DNA from: Macrostomum lignano
Lineage: Eukaryota
NCBI GenBank assembly: GCA_002269645.1
Contig: NIVC01000553.1
Location: forward strand, 1 to 64,000
DNA: 64,000 nt
Reading direction: 5' to 3'
The translations under genes were made by a program, and so were the position numbers. Of the stretch, positions 33,484-47,615 are shown piece by piece. A model generated the notes under the pieces. That model saw only the letters and a list, made by a program, of their open reading frames with translations. It searched no databases and was not told the origin of the DNA. Positions within the stretch are counted from its first letter, which is position 1. Each line of letters starts with the position of its first letter.

Positions 33484-36400
33484 ATGTCCGAGGTGTCTCA
33501 CCTGACAGACCAGCTGTCCAAGGCCAGTTGGTCCTACCGCTGGTCCGTCACTGTTCTCCTATCCTACGTGACAATGAAAGCAGCATTCGACATATTCATA
33601 CTGAACCTGGCCACCGCCAACGTGCCATTCCACTGCGCCCAAGCCGTCATCGACAACCAGACCACAGAGTGGGGCAGCGTCAACATTAGCGAGCTCGCTG
33701 ATACGGCCAACTTTTCCATCTTGGACTACAAGTGCTTTGCGCCGCAATTCGCTCGAGAGGACAACGGTCGACTGGCACCGATACGAGTCATAAATGACTC
33801 GTCAGCTAGCAACAGGCCGTGCACCGCGTGGACTTATTGGCCAACGGAGCCAGGAAGACGGAACATGCTGATGGAATACGATTTCGTGTGCGACAGAGCC
33901 TACCTGGCTGACCGGATGCAGACTATCATGCAGGTACGTAGTTGAGGTTAACGCAGAATCCAACAAATTATTTCAGTGTTTTACAAGATACCATCTCAGA
34001 TTTGATCCGGTAGACGGTTGTAGAACAGGTATAGATGAGATTAGAACACAGTGATCAGGTTGCAGAGTAGGTATAGATGAGATGAGAACAGTGATCAGGT
34101 TGGAGAGCAGGTATAGATGAGATGAGAACAGTGATCAGGTTGGAGAGCAGGTAGATTTCAATGTATATCTAAATATACTAAATCTCTAAGGTTGGTTTGT
34201 TTGTATGCTTGTCCATAACGCTCTAGAGATTGCAATTCTTCACCATTATTTACTAAAGCAATTTTGAAACCGTCATTCAGGCAGGCATTTTTGTCAGCTG
34301 CTGTTTCGCTCCTCTGGCTGACGCATTCGGCAGAAAGTTGCCATTCATACTGTTCGCGTACATCGACCTGACCAGCACAATTCTGGTTATTTTCGTGCGT
34401 GACCTCACAGCCCAGATGGTCTTGCGCTTCTTCATGGGCTTCGGCTCTCCCGCTGTGCTCACCGGAGTAGCCTATCTCACCGAGCTGATCTCTGAGGACT
34501 ATCACGGATTGCATGGAAATTTCTACTGGATTCTGTGGGTAGTTGGCTACACGACATCTGGCGTTATTGCCTACCTGGTGATGGAGTGGCGGCTGCAGAT
34601 GGTTTTGGTTGCTGCGATAATTGGTTAGTTTTGGAGTGTCCGTGTGCGTCTGTGTCAGGTGTTCTCCAGTGCGTCTGTGTCAGGTGTTCTCTAGTACGTC
34701 TGTGTCAGGTGTTCTCTAGTGCGTCTGTGTCAGGTGTTCTCTAGTGCGTCTGTGTCAGGTGTTCTCCGGTGCGTCTGTGTCAGGTGTTCTCCAGTGCGTC
34801 TGTGTCAGGTGTTTTCTAGTGAGTCTGTGTCAGGTGTTCTCCAGTGCGTCTGTGTCAGGTGTTCTCTAGTGCGTCTGTCGTGTCAGTTACTTCAGCTGTT
34901 CAAAAACAAACAAGCACACCTTACTTGAACCTTCCAGCCACAGGCTACCTGAGCTATCCCTGGTCCCTGATCGACTCACCAAAGTGGCTGTTCGCCAGCG
35001 GTCACCAGTCGGCCGCCAAGGACTCTCTGCTCCGCCTGTTCCGTCGGCACGGACTCGACACGGCCACAGTCGAGACAATGAAAGTCGACGAAGAATCAAC
35101 GAAACTGAAGGGCGAATCGGAGACGCTGCAGTCTTCCCAGGCGAACGCCGAGTTGGATAGCGATTCTAAGAAACGACGTCGCCAACAGCCGAGCAACTTC
35201 GAGCTGGTCCGTCGGCAGCTGAGCCGCCTGCTGCCCAAGGAGAGCCTGTGCCAGAGCAAGTACCTGGCTGTAGAGGCTGCATTCACGGTTCTGTTTGTTG
35301 CTAACGCAATGTCATATTTTTCCTCGTCATTCCGCCGCGACTTCATCACAAAGAATCCGTACTTGAACGTGGTGATCTCTGGAGCGCTGGAGCTTCCGGC
35401 CGCATTCCTGGCTTGGTTTCTGACCGACCGCTGCGGTCGCCGGATTAGCAATATGCTGCTGCTGCTCCCCGCGGGGCTGCTCCTGATCCTCGTGCCGTTC
35501 GTGCCGCAACCGCCGGACGTCACCTTCGGTGCGAAGAGCGCCTGCGCACTGTTGTCTAAGTTCCTCATCACTGTGTCGTTCTGCATAGTGCTCATATTCG
35601 GGTCGGAGAGCCTGCCTACGAATATTCGGGCAACTTCTTTTATTATGGCGTCGCAGGTTAGTTGAAACTGTTCTGCTGTGGCAGTCTGAGCTTCTCGCTG
35701 TAAATATTTCTAGTCCAGTCCCGATTCTACACGTAATCTAGTCCCGATTCTACACGTAATCCAGTCCAGATTCTACATGTAATCTAGTCCCGATTCTACA
35801 CGTAATCTAGTCCCGATTCTACACGTAATCTAGTCCCGATTCTACACGTAATCTAGTCCCGATTCTACACGTAATCTAGACCCGACTTCTACTCGTAATC
35901 TAGTCCCGATTCTACACGTAATCTAGTCCCGATTCTACACGTAATCTAGTCCCGAATTCTACACGTAATCTAGTCCCGATTCTACACGTAATCTAGACCC
36001 GACTTCTACACGTAATCTAGTCCCGATTCTACACGTAATCTAGTCCCGACTTCTACACGTAATCTAGTCCCGAATTCTACACGTAATCTAGTCCCGATTC
36101 TACACGTAATCTAGACCCGACTTCTACACGTAATCTAGTCCCGATTCTACACGTAATCTAGTCCCGAATTCTACACGTAATCTAGTCCCGAATTCTACAT
36201 GCAATCTAGTCCCGATTCTACACGTAATCTAGTCCCGAATTCTACATGCAATCTAGTCCCGATTCTACATGCAATCTAGTCCCGATTCTACATGTAATCT
36301 AGTCCCGGTTCTACATGTAATCTAGTCCCGATTTTACACGTAATCTAGTCCCGAATTCTACACGTAATCTAGTCCCGATTCTACACGTAATCTAGTCCCG

Positions 36401-36906
36401 ATTCTACACGTAATCTAGTCCCGATTCTACACGTAATCTAGTCCCGAATTCTACATGCAATCTAGTCCCGATTCTACACGTAATCTAGTCCCGATTCTAC
36501 ACGTAATCTAGTCCCGATTCTACACGTAATCTAGTCATATTTCTAAACGTAATCTAGTTCCAATTCTGTGTTTCGTATGGAATCCACGTGCTTTAAGCAC
36601 TCCGCTAAATCCTACTGTACAACTCAACTCAATCAGGTGATGCGCCTTGGTCAGACCCTGGCTCCGGAGCTCAACGGCCTGCTACTCAACGTTAATCCAG
36701 CTTTCCCAAATTTTTTTTACGGCGGTTTCTGTGTGGCCTCAGGCCTGCTGCTCATTCTGCTGCCGGAGACTCACAACAGACCCATGCCGGACAGCATTGC
36801 GGACATGGCCGGCCTCAGCCTGCCCGACGCCTGCCTACCGCGTGCACGTCGGCAACTGCAGCTTCAAAGCGTTGAGCTTCCATCGCGGCAGTCACCCACT
36901 GTGTAG
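33484..36906 (+). CDS. SLC22-family organic cation/solute transporter (MFS), 591 aa; exons 33484-33933, 34281-34623, 34944-35656, 36637-36906
   Basis: Large Cys-containing loop ending EYDFVC; motifs DAFGRK, DSPKWL, DRCGRR, ESLPTNIR, LPET; all junctions GT-AG and in phase (0,1,0); total 1776 nt. Confidence 0.9.
34027..34156. repeat. 40-bp tandem repeat (~3 units) in SLC22 intron 1
   Basis: caggtatagatgagatgagaacagtgatcaggttggagag. Confidence 0.85.
34643..34878. repeat. 25-bp minisatellite (~9 units) in SLC22 intron 2
   Basis: gtgcgtctgtgtcaggtgttctcta. Confidence 0.95.
35712..36560. repeat. 23/24-bp minisatellite (~35 units) in SLC22 intron 3
   Basis: tctagtcccgattctacacgtaa. Confidence 0.95.
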
Positions 36907-36974
36907 TGCAAGACTCAAGTACTCTATCTGGGGGATCAGGGGAGCGACGTGACGGACACCCGAGGAATCAGAGG

Positions 36975-38350
36975 ATGTGACAGGCACATGACACATGAAG
37001 GATTAGAGGATGTGACTGGCAGAAGACACATGAAAGATCAGAGGATGTGACAGGCAGAAGACACATGAAAGATCAGAGGATGCGACAGGCAGAAGAAACA
37101 TGAAAGGATCAGAGGATGTGACAGGCAGAAGACACATGAAGGATCAGAGGATGTGACAGGCAGAAGACACATGAACGATCAGGGGATGTTACAGGCAGAA
37201 GACACATGAAAGATCAGAGGATGCGACAGGCAGAAGAAACATGAAAGGATCAGAGGATGTGACAGGCAGAAGACACATGAAGGATCAGAGGAAGTGACAG
37301 GCAGAAGAAACATGAAAGGATCAGAGGATGCGACAGGCAGAAGAAACATGAAGGATCAGAGGATGTGACAGGCAGAAGAAACATGAAGGATCAGAGGATG
37401 CGACAGGCAGAAGACACATGAAAGATCAGAGGATGCGACAGGCAGAAGAAACATGAAGGATTAGAGGATGCGACAGGCAGAAGACACATGAAAGATCAGA
37501 GGATGCGACAGGCAGAAGACACATGAAGGATCAGAGGATGCGACAGGCAGAAGACACATGAAAGATCAGAGGATGCGACAGGCAGAAGAAACATGAAGGA
37601 TCAGAGGATGTGACTGGCAGAAGACACATGAACGATCAGAGGATGTTACAGGCAGAAGACACATGAAAGATCAGAGGATGCGACAGGCAGAAGAAACATG
37701 AAAGGATCAGAGGATGTGACAGGCAGAAGACACATGAAGGATCAGAGGATGTGACAGGCAGAAGAAACATGAAAGGATCAGAGGATGCGACAGGCAGAAG
37801 ACACATGAAAGATCAGAGGATGCGACAGGCAGAAGAAACATGAAGGATTAGAGGATGCGACAGGCAGAAGACACATGAAAGATCAGAGGATGCGACAGGC
37901 AGAAGAAACATGAAGGATCAGAGGATGCGACAGGCAGAAGACACATGAAAGATCAGAGGATGCGACAGGCAGAAGAAACATGAAGGATCAGAGGATTTGA
38001 CAGGCAGAAGAAACATGAAGGATCAGAGGATGTGACAGGCAGAAGAAACATGAAGGATCAGAGGATGTGACAGGCAGAAGAAACATGAAGGATCAGAGGA
38101 TGTGACAGGCAGAAGACACATGAAGGATCAGAGGATGTGACAGGCAGAAGACACATGAAGGATCAGAGGATGCGACAGGCAGAAGACACATGAACGATCA
38201 GGGGATGCGACAGGCAGAAGACACATGAAGGATCAGAGGATGTGACAGGCAGAAGACACATGAAAGATCAGAGGATGCGACAGGCAGAAGACACATGAAA
38301 GATCAGAGGATGTGACAGGCAGAAGACACATGAAAGATCAGGGGATGTGA
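36975..38350. repeat. 35-bp minisatellite (~39 units) just downstream of the SLC22 stop
   Basis: gaggatgtgacaggcagaagacacatgaaggatca. Confidence 0.95.
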
Positions 38351-38764
38351 CGGGTTTTTATATCAGGCAATATTTTATGAGTAACGTTGATTATGAGAAA
38401 ACTTGTAATCTTAATTTTAATTAGCTTTGTAATTTCTATTAGTACACACGCGACATCACAATAAAGTTGATTAATAGCAGCACAAAAGCAAGCAAAATAG
38501 CAAATGCTTGTTTCTTTTATTAGAACAGCAGCAATTGTAATGCTTAACATGTAAATAAATATATCAGTGTATATTTTTACAATCACAAGACTTATAAGGT
38601 TCCATGGCGATCGCGCTTAGTTTAACCCTCGCAACAAAAGTTGCAAAAATTTTTCGTAAGATGGTAAAAACTTCAATATAACGCAATAAATAACATGTTC
38701 GGTTACTGAAGAAGTGACTCTTTTTGTTGCTAGGGGGCGATTCTTGCTTGTAGTATTCAGGTTT

Positions 38765-39915
38765 GCTATGTGGAGCTAGAGTGTTGCTATGGGAAGCTAG
38801 AGTGTTGCTATATGGGGAGTTAAAATGTTGCTATGGGGAGCTAAAGTGTTGCTATGGGAAGCTAGAGTGTTGCTATGGGAAGTTATTGTTGCTATGGAAA
38901 GCTAGAGTGTTTGTATATGGGGAGCTAAAGTGTTGCTATGGGAAGCTAGAGTGTTGCTATATGGGGAGCTAGTGTTGCTATGGGAAGCTAGAGTGTTGCT
39001 ATGGGAAGTTATTGTTGCTATGAAAAGCTAGAGTGTTTGTATATAGGGAGTTAAAGTGTTGCTATGGGAAGCTAGAGTGTTGCTATATGGGGAGCTAAAG
39101 TGTTGCTATGGGAAGCTAGAGTGTTGCTATGGGAAGCTAAAGTGTTGCTATATGGGAGCTAAAGTGTTGCTTTGGGAAGTTATTGTTGCTATGGAAAGCT
39201 AGAGTGTTTGTATATGGGGAGCTAAAGTGTTGCTATGGGAAGCTAGAGTGTTTGTATATGGGGAGCTAAAGTGTTGCTATGGGAAGCTAGAGTGTTGCTA
39301 TATGGGGAGCTAGTGTTGCTATGGGAAGCTAGACTGTTGCTATGGAAAGCTAGAGTGTTGCTATGGAAAGTTATTGTTGCTATGAAAAGCTAGAGTGTTT
39401 GTATATAGGGAGTTAAAGTGTTGCTATGGGAAGCTAGAGTGTTGCTATGGGAAGCTAGAGTGTTGCTATGGGAAGTTATTGTTGCTATGGAAAGCTAGAG
39501 TGTTTGTATATGGGGAGCTAAAGTGTTGCTATGGGAAGCTAGAGTGTTGCTATGGGAAGTTGTTGTTTCTATGGGAAGCCAGAGTGTTGCTATGGAGAGC
39601 TAAAGTGTTGCTATGGGAAGCTAGAGTGTTGCTATGGGAAGCTAGAGTGTTGCTATGGGAAGTTATTGTTGCTATGGAAAGCTAGAGTGTTTGTATATGG
39701 GGAGCTAAAGTGTTGCTATGGGAAGCTAGAGTGTTGCTATGGGAAGTTGTTGTTTCTATGGGAAGCCAGAGTGTTGCTATGGAGAGCTAAAGTGTTGCTA
39801 TGGGAAGTTTTTGTTGCTATGATAAACTAGAGTGTTGCTATGGGAAGCTAGAGTGTTGCTATGGGGAGCTAAAGTGTTGCTATGGGAAGCTAGAGTGTTG
39901 TTGGCTAGTTGCTAT
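38765..39915. repeat. ~21-bp minisatellite (~50 variable units)
   Basis: gtgttgctatgggaagctaga and variants. Confidence 0.93.
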
Positions 39916-40649
39916 GGACCGTCTATAAATAGTTGAAGTGCAAAAATTTCTTTAATGTATAATTAAAAACCACTTTGTTGCGATTTCTGGGACTCAGCAA
40001 GAAAATCCACATTAGCTAAGCTGCTAGTCTAGCACAAAGTCAGTTAGGACTCGGGCTAAAAAACACAGACGAGACGGCCGACAATAAATATGCAGAATTT
40101 ATCATTAAAATACCCTTTTAAACTATGCCATTCACAATTAAGGTGTCACAAAAAATTGAAACCAAATTAACTAGACAATGTCCAATCAAAGAAAATACAC
40201 TTTAAGAATGAGCATTCGAAATAAGACTAGATCTCTTTAAAAAGAGAAATCCAAAAAAGAAAACAACGCTTTATCCATTGGCAAGCGAAACAGCCCGTCA
40301 CAAATACAAAAAACCTGTTTTGTTTTTAAAAAAACCATATTTGGTCGACTATTTGAAACACTTGCTACATACTCTACTTATACCAACTCTTTGAGTAGGC
40401 AGGGGGACATTTTTCGTCCAATTTGTAGAGAGGGGCACAAGCACAGACAAAACATGTTATATTTAAAAAAGTTTACAAAATTTTCTTATTATACAAAAGC
40501 AAAAACATTGTTTCAATAATACGAACTAATTGTCTAATTTAGACCAGAGCATGAATGCTTCAGTGACTGGCTGGCTCACTCGATGGATTTGAAACTTTGA
40601 AAATAATCATTTCTAATGAGTCAAATCGGAATGCTTAAGAAGTTTCAGG

Positions 40650-41150
40650 GAATTTCTAAGAGGTTGTAGGGGAATTCCGAAGGAGTTGCAGGGGAATTCA
40701 AAAGGAGTTGTAAGAGATTTCTAAGAAGTTTCTAAGAAGAAGAAATATTCCTAAGAAGTTATAAGGGAATTATAAAAAAGAGTTGTAGAGGAATTCCTAA
40801 AGATTTGTAGGGAATTCCTAAGTAGTTGTAGAGAAATTCCTAAGGAATAGTAGGGGAATTCCCAAAGATTTGTAGGGGAATTCCTAAAGATTTGTAGGGG
40901 AATTCCTAAAGATTAGTAGGGAATTCCTAAATATTAGTAGGGGAATTCCTATGAAGTTGTAGGAGAATTCCTAAGGAGTTGTAGGGAATTCCTAATGAGT
41001 TTTAGGGAAATTCCGAAGGAGTTGTAGGGGAATTCCTAAGAAGGCGTAGGAGAATTTCAAAAGAGTTGTAGGGGAATTTCTAAGGAGTTGTAGGGGAATT
41101 CCTAAGAAGGTGTAGGAGAATTTAAAAAGAGTTGTAGAGGAATTTCCATT
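40650..41150. repeat. Degenerate ~21-bp tandem repeat
   Basis: gggaattcctaaggagttgtag-like units. Confidence 0.75.
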
Positions 41151-41297
41151 GAGTTATGGAAGAGTAAATGTAAATATTTAAAATACATTTCAACTCATTC
41201 ACGCTCTTTGTCAGGCTCCAGATTTATATACAAATTTTAACTCTCTAAGTCTAACAAAAACTAAAAACACAAAGTGAGAGACAGAGCCCACAGAGCA

Positions 41298-44200
41298 TCA
41301 CGTGACCCGAGGCCCAGTGTACTCAACTGACGCGCAAACAAAATCCCTGGGCTGAGGTATTTCGGCCAGGTAAACCAGGTGACCCCGGCTTTCGTTACTT
41401 GCGGTGCCTCCGCCAGCAGCCGCGGCCGCCGCTGCAGTAGCCGCCGTTGCCGCGGTTGCGTCTTCGACCTCCAGCGTGACTTCGCGGTAATATCGACAGA
41501 CCCGACGGCCCAGGTCGTGATCGTACGGGGGCGCAAGGATCTCCAGAAATGCGGCCCCGTCGGAGAGAGCCTGAATTTTGATGGCGGAGCGATTTCCTTT
41601 GGTTGGAGACAAGCTAAACTGCTTTGATCTGAGCTGGCACTGCCCTAAACTGCTTTGATCTGAGCTGGCACTGCCCTAAACTGCTTTGATCTGAGCTGGC
41701 ACTGCACTAAACTGCTTTGATCTGAGCTGGCACTGCACTAAACTGCTTTGATCTGAGCTGGCACTGCACTAAACTGCTTTGATCTGAGCTGGCACTGCCC
41801 TAAACTGCTTTGATCTGAGCTGGCACTGCACTAAACTGCTTTGATCTGAGCTGGCACTGCAGCTAAACTGCTTTGATCTGAGCTGGCACTGCACTAAACT
41901 GCTTTGATCTGAGCTGGCACTGCAGCTAAACTGCTTTGATCTGAGCTGGCACTGCAGCTAAACTGCTTTGATCTGAGCTGGCACTGCACTAAACTGCTTT
42001 GATCTGAGCTGGCACTGCACTAAACTGCTTTGATCTGAGCTGGCACTACATTAAACTGATTTGATCTGAGCTGGCACTGCCCTAAACTGCTTTGATCTGA
42101 GCTGGCACTGCCCTAAACTGCTTTGATCTGAGCTGGCACTGCCCTAAACTGCTTTGATCTGAGCTGGCACTGCAGCTAAACTGCTTTGATCTGAGCTGGC
42201 ACTGCACTAAACTGCTTTGATCTGAGCTGGCACTGCAGCTAAACTGCTTTGATCTGAGCTGGCACTGCACTAAACTGCTTTGATCTGAGCTGGCACTGCA
42301 CTAAACTGCTTTGATCTGAGCTGGCACTGCACTAAACTGCTTTGATCTGAGCTGGCACTGCACTAAACTGCTTTGATCTGAGCTGGCACTGCACTAAACT
42401 GCTTTGATCTGAGCTGGCACTACATTAAACTGATTTGATCTGAGCTGGCACTGCCCTAAACTGCTTTGATCTGAGCTGGCACTGCAGCTAAACTGCTTTG
42501 ATCTGAGCTGGCACTGCACTAAAATGCTTTGATCTGAGCTGGCACTGCAGCTAAACTGCTTTGATCTGAGCTGGCACTGTACTAAAATGCTTTGATCTGA
42601 GCTGGCACTGTACTAAAATGCTTTGATCTGAGCTGGCACTGCAGCTAAACTGCTTTGATCTGAGCTGGCACTGCACTAAAATGCTTTGATCTGAGCTGGC
42701 ACTGCACTAAACTGCTTTGATCTGAGCTGGCACTGTACTAAAATGCTTTGATCTGAGCTGGCACTGTACTAAAATGCTTTGATCTGAGCTGGCACTGCCC
42801 TAAACTGCTTTGATCTGAGCTGGCACTGCACTAAACTGCTTTGATCTGAGCTGGCACTGCAGCTAAACTGCTTTGATCTGAGCTGGCACTGCACTAAACT
42901 GCTTTGATCTGAGCTGGCACTGCAGCTAAACTGCTTTGATCTGAGCTGGCACTGCACTAAACTGCTTTGATCTGAGCTGGCACTGCACTAAACTGCTTTG
43001 ATCTGAGCTGGCACTGCACTAAACTGCATGGTTGAACAGATATATCTCACCTGCAATTCGTGGAAGTTAGCCTCAGTAGGCGTGTGCACAATTGTCTGCT
43101 GTTGGCGCTGCGCAGACGCTACAGACAGCACCAAGTCCATAGCCAGCTTGGCCGGGGTCAGGTCTGCCAATAGGGCGTCCCGTTGCCAACCGCGCAAAGG
43201 TGTAGGCGGCAAGGTGTTTGGTCTCTGGCCAGCTGGCAGAGTTGTGTAAGCTCTACATCGAAGACTCCCGTGCAGCAGTTTGCACAGGCCAAACATGCCT
43301 GGGTGGTCGTGAAGCGGTATCCTCGCTCCGGGCCGCAGCACGTAGATGCCCATGGATAGTACACCGTTGTCCACTATGTGTAGGTAGACTACTGGGGCGT
43401 GAACACGCGATGCGTCCGTGACTAAGCCAGCGTCTAAGTCCACATCCTTGGCTGTGAGACTGTGTAATTGCAGTAGCAACTGCGTCAAGCCTTCTTGACT
43501 CACCTGGAGACGGGATGAAGGATCGGGGATACGATGCATTACCTAGTTAATTAATTAGGGTCATAGGGAGATGGGATCGATATATGTGGGATCTGGGATA
43601 CATTATTATGGAAATGGGATCAATAGGGTGTGAGATCTCCATGGCATACATTATTATGGAGATGGGATCAATAGGTGTGAGATCTCCATGGGATTCATTA
43701 TTATGGAGATGGGATCAATAGGTGTGAGATCTCCATGGGATTCATTATTATGGAGATGGGATCAATAGGTGTGAGATCTGGGATGTATTATTATGGAGAT
43801 GGGATCAATAGTTGTGAGATCTGGGATGTATTATTATGGAGATAGGATCAATAGGTGTGAGATCTGGGATGTATTATTATGGAGATGGGATCAATAGGTG
43901 TGAGATCTGGGATGTATTATTATGGAGATGGGATCAATAGATGTGAGATCTGGGATGTATTATTATGGAGATGGGATCAATAGATGTGAGATCTGGGATG
44001 TATTATTATGGAGATGGGATCAATAGATGTGAGATCTGGGATGTATTATTATGGAGATGGGATCAATAGATGTGAGATCTGGGATGTATTATTATGGAGA
44101 TGGGATCAATAGATGTGAGATCTGGGATGTATTATTATGGAGATGGGATCAATAGATGTGAGATCTGGGATGTATTATTATGGAGATGGGATCAATAGAT

Positions 44201-45647
44201 GTGAGATCTGGGATGTATTATTATGGAGATGGGATCAATAGATGTGAGATCTGGGATGTATTATTATGGAGATGGGATCAATAGATGTGAGATCTACATG
44301 GGATGTATTATTATGGAAATGGGCTCAATAGATGTGAGATCTACATGGGATGTATTATTATGGAAATGGGCTCAATAGATGTGAGATCTACATGGGATGT
44401 ATTATTATGGAGATGGGATCAATAGATGTGGGATCTACATGGGATGTATTATTATGGAGATGGGATCAATAGATGTGGGATCTGCATGGGATGTATTATT
44501 ATGGAGATGGGATCAATAGATGTGGGATCTACATGGGATGTATTATTATGGAAATGGGCTCAATAGATGTGAGATCTACATGGGATGTATTATTATGGAA
44601 ATGGGCTCAATAGATGTGAGATCTACATGGGATGTATTATTATGGAGATGGGATCAATAGATGTGGGATCTACATGGGATGTATTATTATGGAGATGGGA
44701 TCAATAGATGTGGGATCTGCATGGGATGTATTATTATGGAGATGGGATCAATAGATGTGAGATCTGGGATGTATTATTATGGAGATGGGATCAATAGATG
44801 TGAGATCTGGGATGTATTATTATGGAGATGGGATCAATAGATGTGAGATCTGGGATGTATTATTATGGAGATGGGATCAATAGATGTGAGATCTACATGG
44901 GATGTATTATTATGGAAATGGGCTCAATAGATGTGAGATCTACATGGGATGTATTATTATGGAGATGGGATCAATAGATGTGGGATCTACATGGGATGTA
45001 TTATTATGGAAATGGGCTCAATAGATGTGGGATCTGCATGGGATGTATTATTATGGAAATGGGCTCAATAGATGTGAGATCTACATGGGATGTATTATTA
45101 TGGAAATGGGCTCAATAGATGTGGGATCTACATGGGATGTATTATTATGGAAATGGGCTCAATAGATGTGGGATCTACATGGGATGTATTATTATGGAAA
45201 TGGGCTCAATAGATGTGGGATCTACATGGGATGTATTATTATGGAGATGGGATCAATAGATGTGGGATCTGGGATGCATTATTTTGAAGATGGGATCAAC
45301 AAAAGTGGGAACTGGGATGAATTATTGAGATAGGCTGCAAACAGGATTGGAAATCCTGGATTTGAGAAAGATTATGAGGATAAGATGAAATAGCTTGGGA
45401 TCTAAGATTGGTTAAATAATTGTGGAATATTTAGGATCGTTTGGAAGTGAATGTCAATAATAAGAAAGACTATTTATGACCTGTCACAAGAGATCCATAA
45501 TTCATACAATGAACAAGTTGATTAGCAGAAACTCACATGAATGTCAGTGCAAGTTGGCTGCTGCATAGGCGGTAGACTCTCTGTGGCGGTGGGGCCGCCA
45601 AACAGCTGGTAGGCTCTATTAGCAACCCCAGCTATGCGGGAAGTCAT
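41298..45647 (-). CDS. ADO: 2-aminoethanethiol (cysteamine) dioxygenase, PCO/ADO cupin family, 291 aa; exons 45647-45537, 43542-43051, 41570-41298
   Basis: IPLHDHPGMFGLCKLLHG, NFHELQ (third His), AAFLEILAPPY, CRYY, FVCASVEYTGP; N-terminus MTSRIAGVANRAYQLFGG parallels ADO MASLIQRIARQACLTF; both junctions GT-AG, phase 0. Confidence 0.9.
41614..43027. repeat. 31/32-bp minisatellite (~45 units) filling ADO intron 2
   Basis: ctaaactgctttgatctgagctggcactgca. Confidence 0.96.
43575..45300. repeat. 43/47-bp minisatellite filling ADO intron 1
   Basis: gggatgtattattatggagatgggatcaatagatgtgagatct, plus or minus acat. Confidence 0.95.
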
Positions 45648-46750
45648 GCTTGGAGTGGAAAATGTAATCAAGTAAAATCTGTGAATATAAAAAATATATA
45701 ATAGCTACAAGCTTGATCTGAAAAGCTGACAATGATGGCTTAGGACGCCTTAGACGTCCAACACCAATACTTTTGTTAATAAATTTCCAGTCTGAAATAA
45801 ATAATTAATAAATATTAAATTATCATAAAGGAATTCACTTTGTTATAAAATATTTTATGGATCTTTCATTTTTTATATAAACTCAAAGTTTTTTTTTAAA
45901 TTTGCCAACTTAAATATTTTGGTATTTTAAAGTAAAAGAGAATACAAAACTAAGATCTTTTTAAACTGACCAAAGGAATAATAAAATATTATAGTTTGTA
46001 CTTCGTCTTGCTTAAAAATCTAATATTTTCTGATGTCAACATCATTCCTTTCTTTTTTTTGATCAGAAATTAAAAGCAGTCATAAGAATAAAATGCATGA
46101 ATACATAATAAGTGAATAGTAATTTTTTTCAAACATTTATCTAATACTTTTAATAAATATTTGGAAGAAAAAATAGCTATATATTATATATTATTAAAAA
46201 TCATTGCTTGCATCACATTATTTTATTTTTTGATATTGTTTTTATTCTGAAATTAAAAAAACAAAATATCATACTGCTTTATCCAAAATGAATAGTTATT
46301 TATAATTGCAGCCAATGAGATTACTGTAAAGCTTTTTTATGACTAAAATGCCTGCCCAGAAGCAGGATTACTAGTAGGCTGGCTATTTACTAAATCATTT
46401 AAAACAGGTACAGTTGCATAAAACTGAAGACAGCAACTTAATTTAGTTTAAATAACTATACATTGTAGGCCCAACTAATGCATTCAATAGGTAGGAAGTG
46501 GCCTCCACATTTGTCGATTTCGATTGCACTGTTTGTCATAGTTGTTGTTTCTTCCAGTTTTACTACAATACACTCATCATATATTTTGTTAGTTATTAGC
46601 CTATTGATGAGTGCAATTTTTTTAAACTAAAATAATAAGTTACCTCAATTTTAAGATAAATGATTCATCATTCATAAATGATGGTTGGTTCGTATATATG
46701 TAGTGCATAGTAGTAGTAGTAGTAAGAATTTGGTTCAGGCAACCAGATGC

Positions 46751-47615
46751 CAGTGTTGGGCACTTCCGTTACCGAGTAACTTGCAAATGGTAACGCAAGT
46801 TACTTTTTCGTAAAGCGTTCCTTACGCAAGTTACTTTTTTATTTTAGTAACGGAGTAACGGTAAGTTACTCAAATTTCAGAAGTCCGTTACAGTTACTTT
46901 GCAACAATCGCAATATTTAAATTTAAAACTGAAATGCTTAGCTATTACGCCGGTTGTCACATTTTTTAGCATTTTTCATTCCTAATTCAAAATTAAGTGA
47001 ATAGTATCATTTGGTATTGCGCTTTAATTAATGAAGAAATACTTAAAACATGTTTTGCTTAGTTATAATTTCAGTAAAATATTTTCGCCTTTCATTTTAT
47101 TTTTCAATTTTTATTTCTCATTTTCAATTTACTAAAAATTTTCAAGTTTGATTCAAACAAACAACCAAAGAAAGAAATTCGTCTGTAGCCTCCACAAGTC
47201 CCTCCACTGGCACTGCAGTACACTACACCATTTTATACAGTTATTTATTTTACTCTATTGAATTATTGATATTCATTTATTTTATCATTTATAATTTTAA
47301 TTATTGATTGCCATTGCCCATCGGTCCTTCTACTTGCCTCACATCGTGTCGCCAATTGCTGTCTCTGTCTGTTAATCGGTTAATCCCAATGCCCAATGGC
47401 AAATTTCGGTAACAACAATGTAAAAAAATGCAATGTGAAAAAAGCAGAAAATTTTGTTAATAACATGGGTAACGGAAGTGAGTAACGGACAGTAACTTAA
47501 AAGTTACCGGGTTTTTGTCTAAAGTTACTAGGCTAACGTAAGTTACTTTTTAAAAATTGGTAACTTAAGTTACAGTAACGCAAGTTACTTTTTTTGAGTA
47601 ACTTGCCCAACACTG
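46751..47615. mobile_element. Non-autonomous hAT element (865 bp)
   Basis: 12-bp TIR cagtgttgggca; perfect 8-bp TSD ccagatgc (46743-46750 / 47616-47623); clustered subterminal gtaac/gttac motifs at both ends. Confidence 0.9.
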
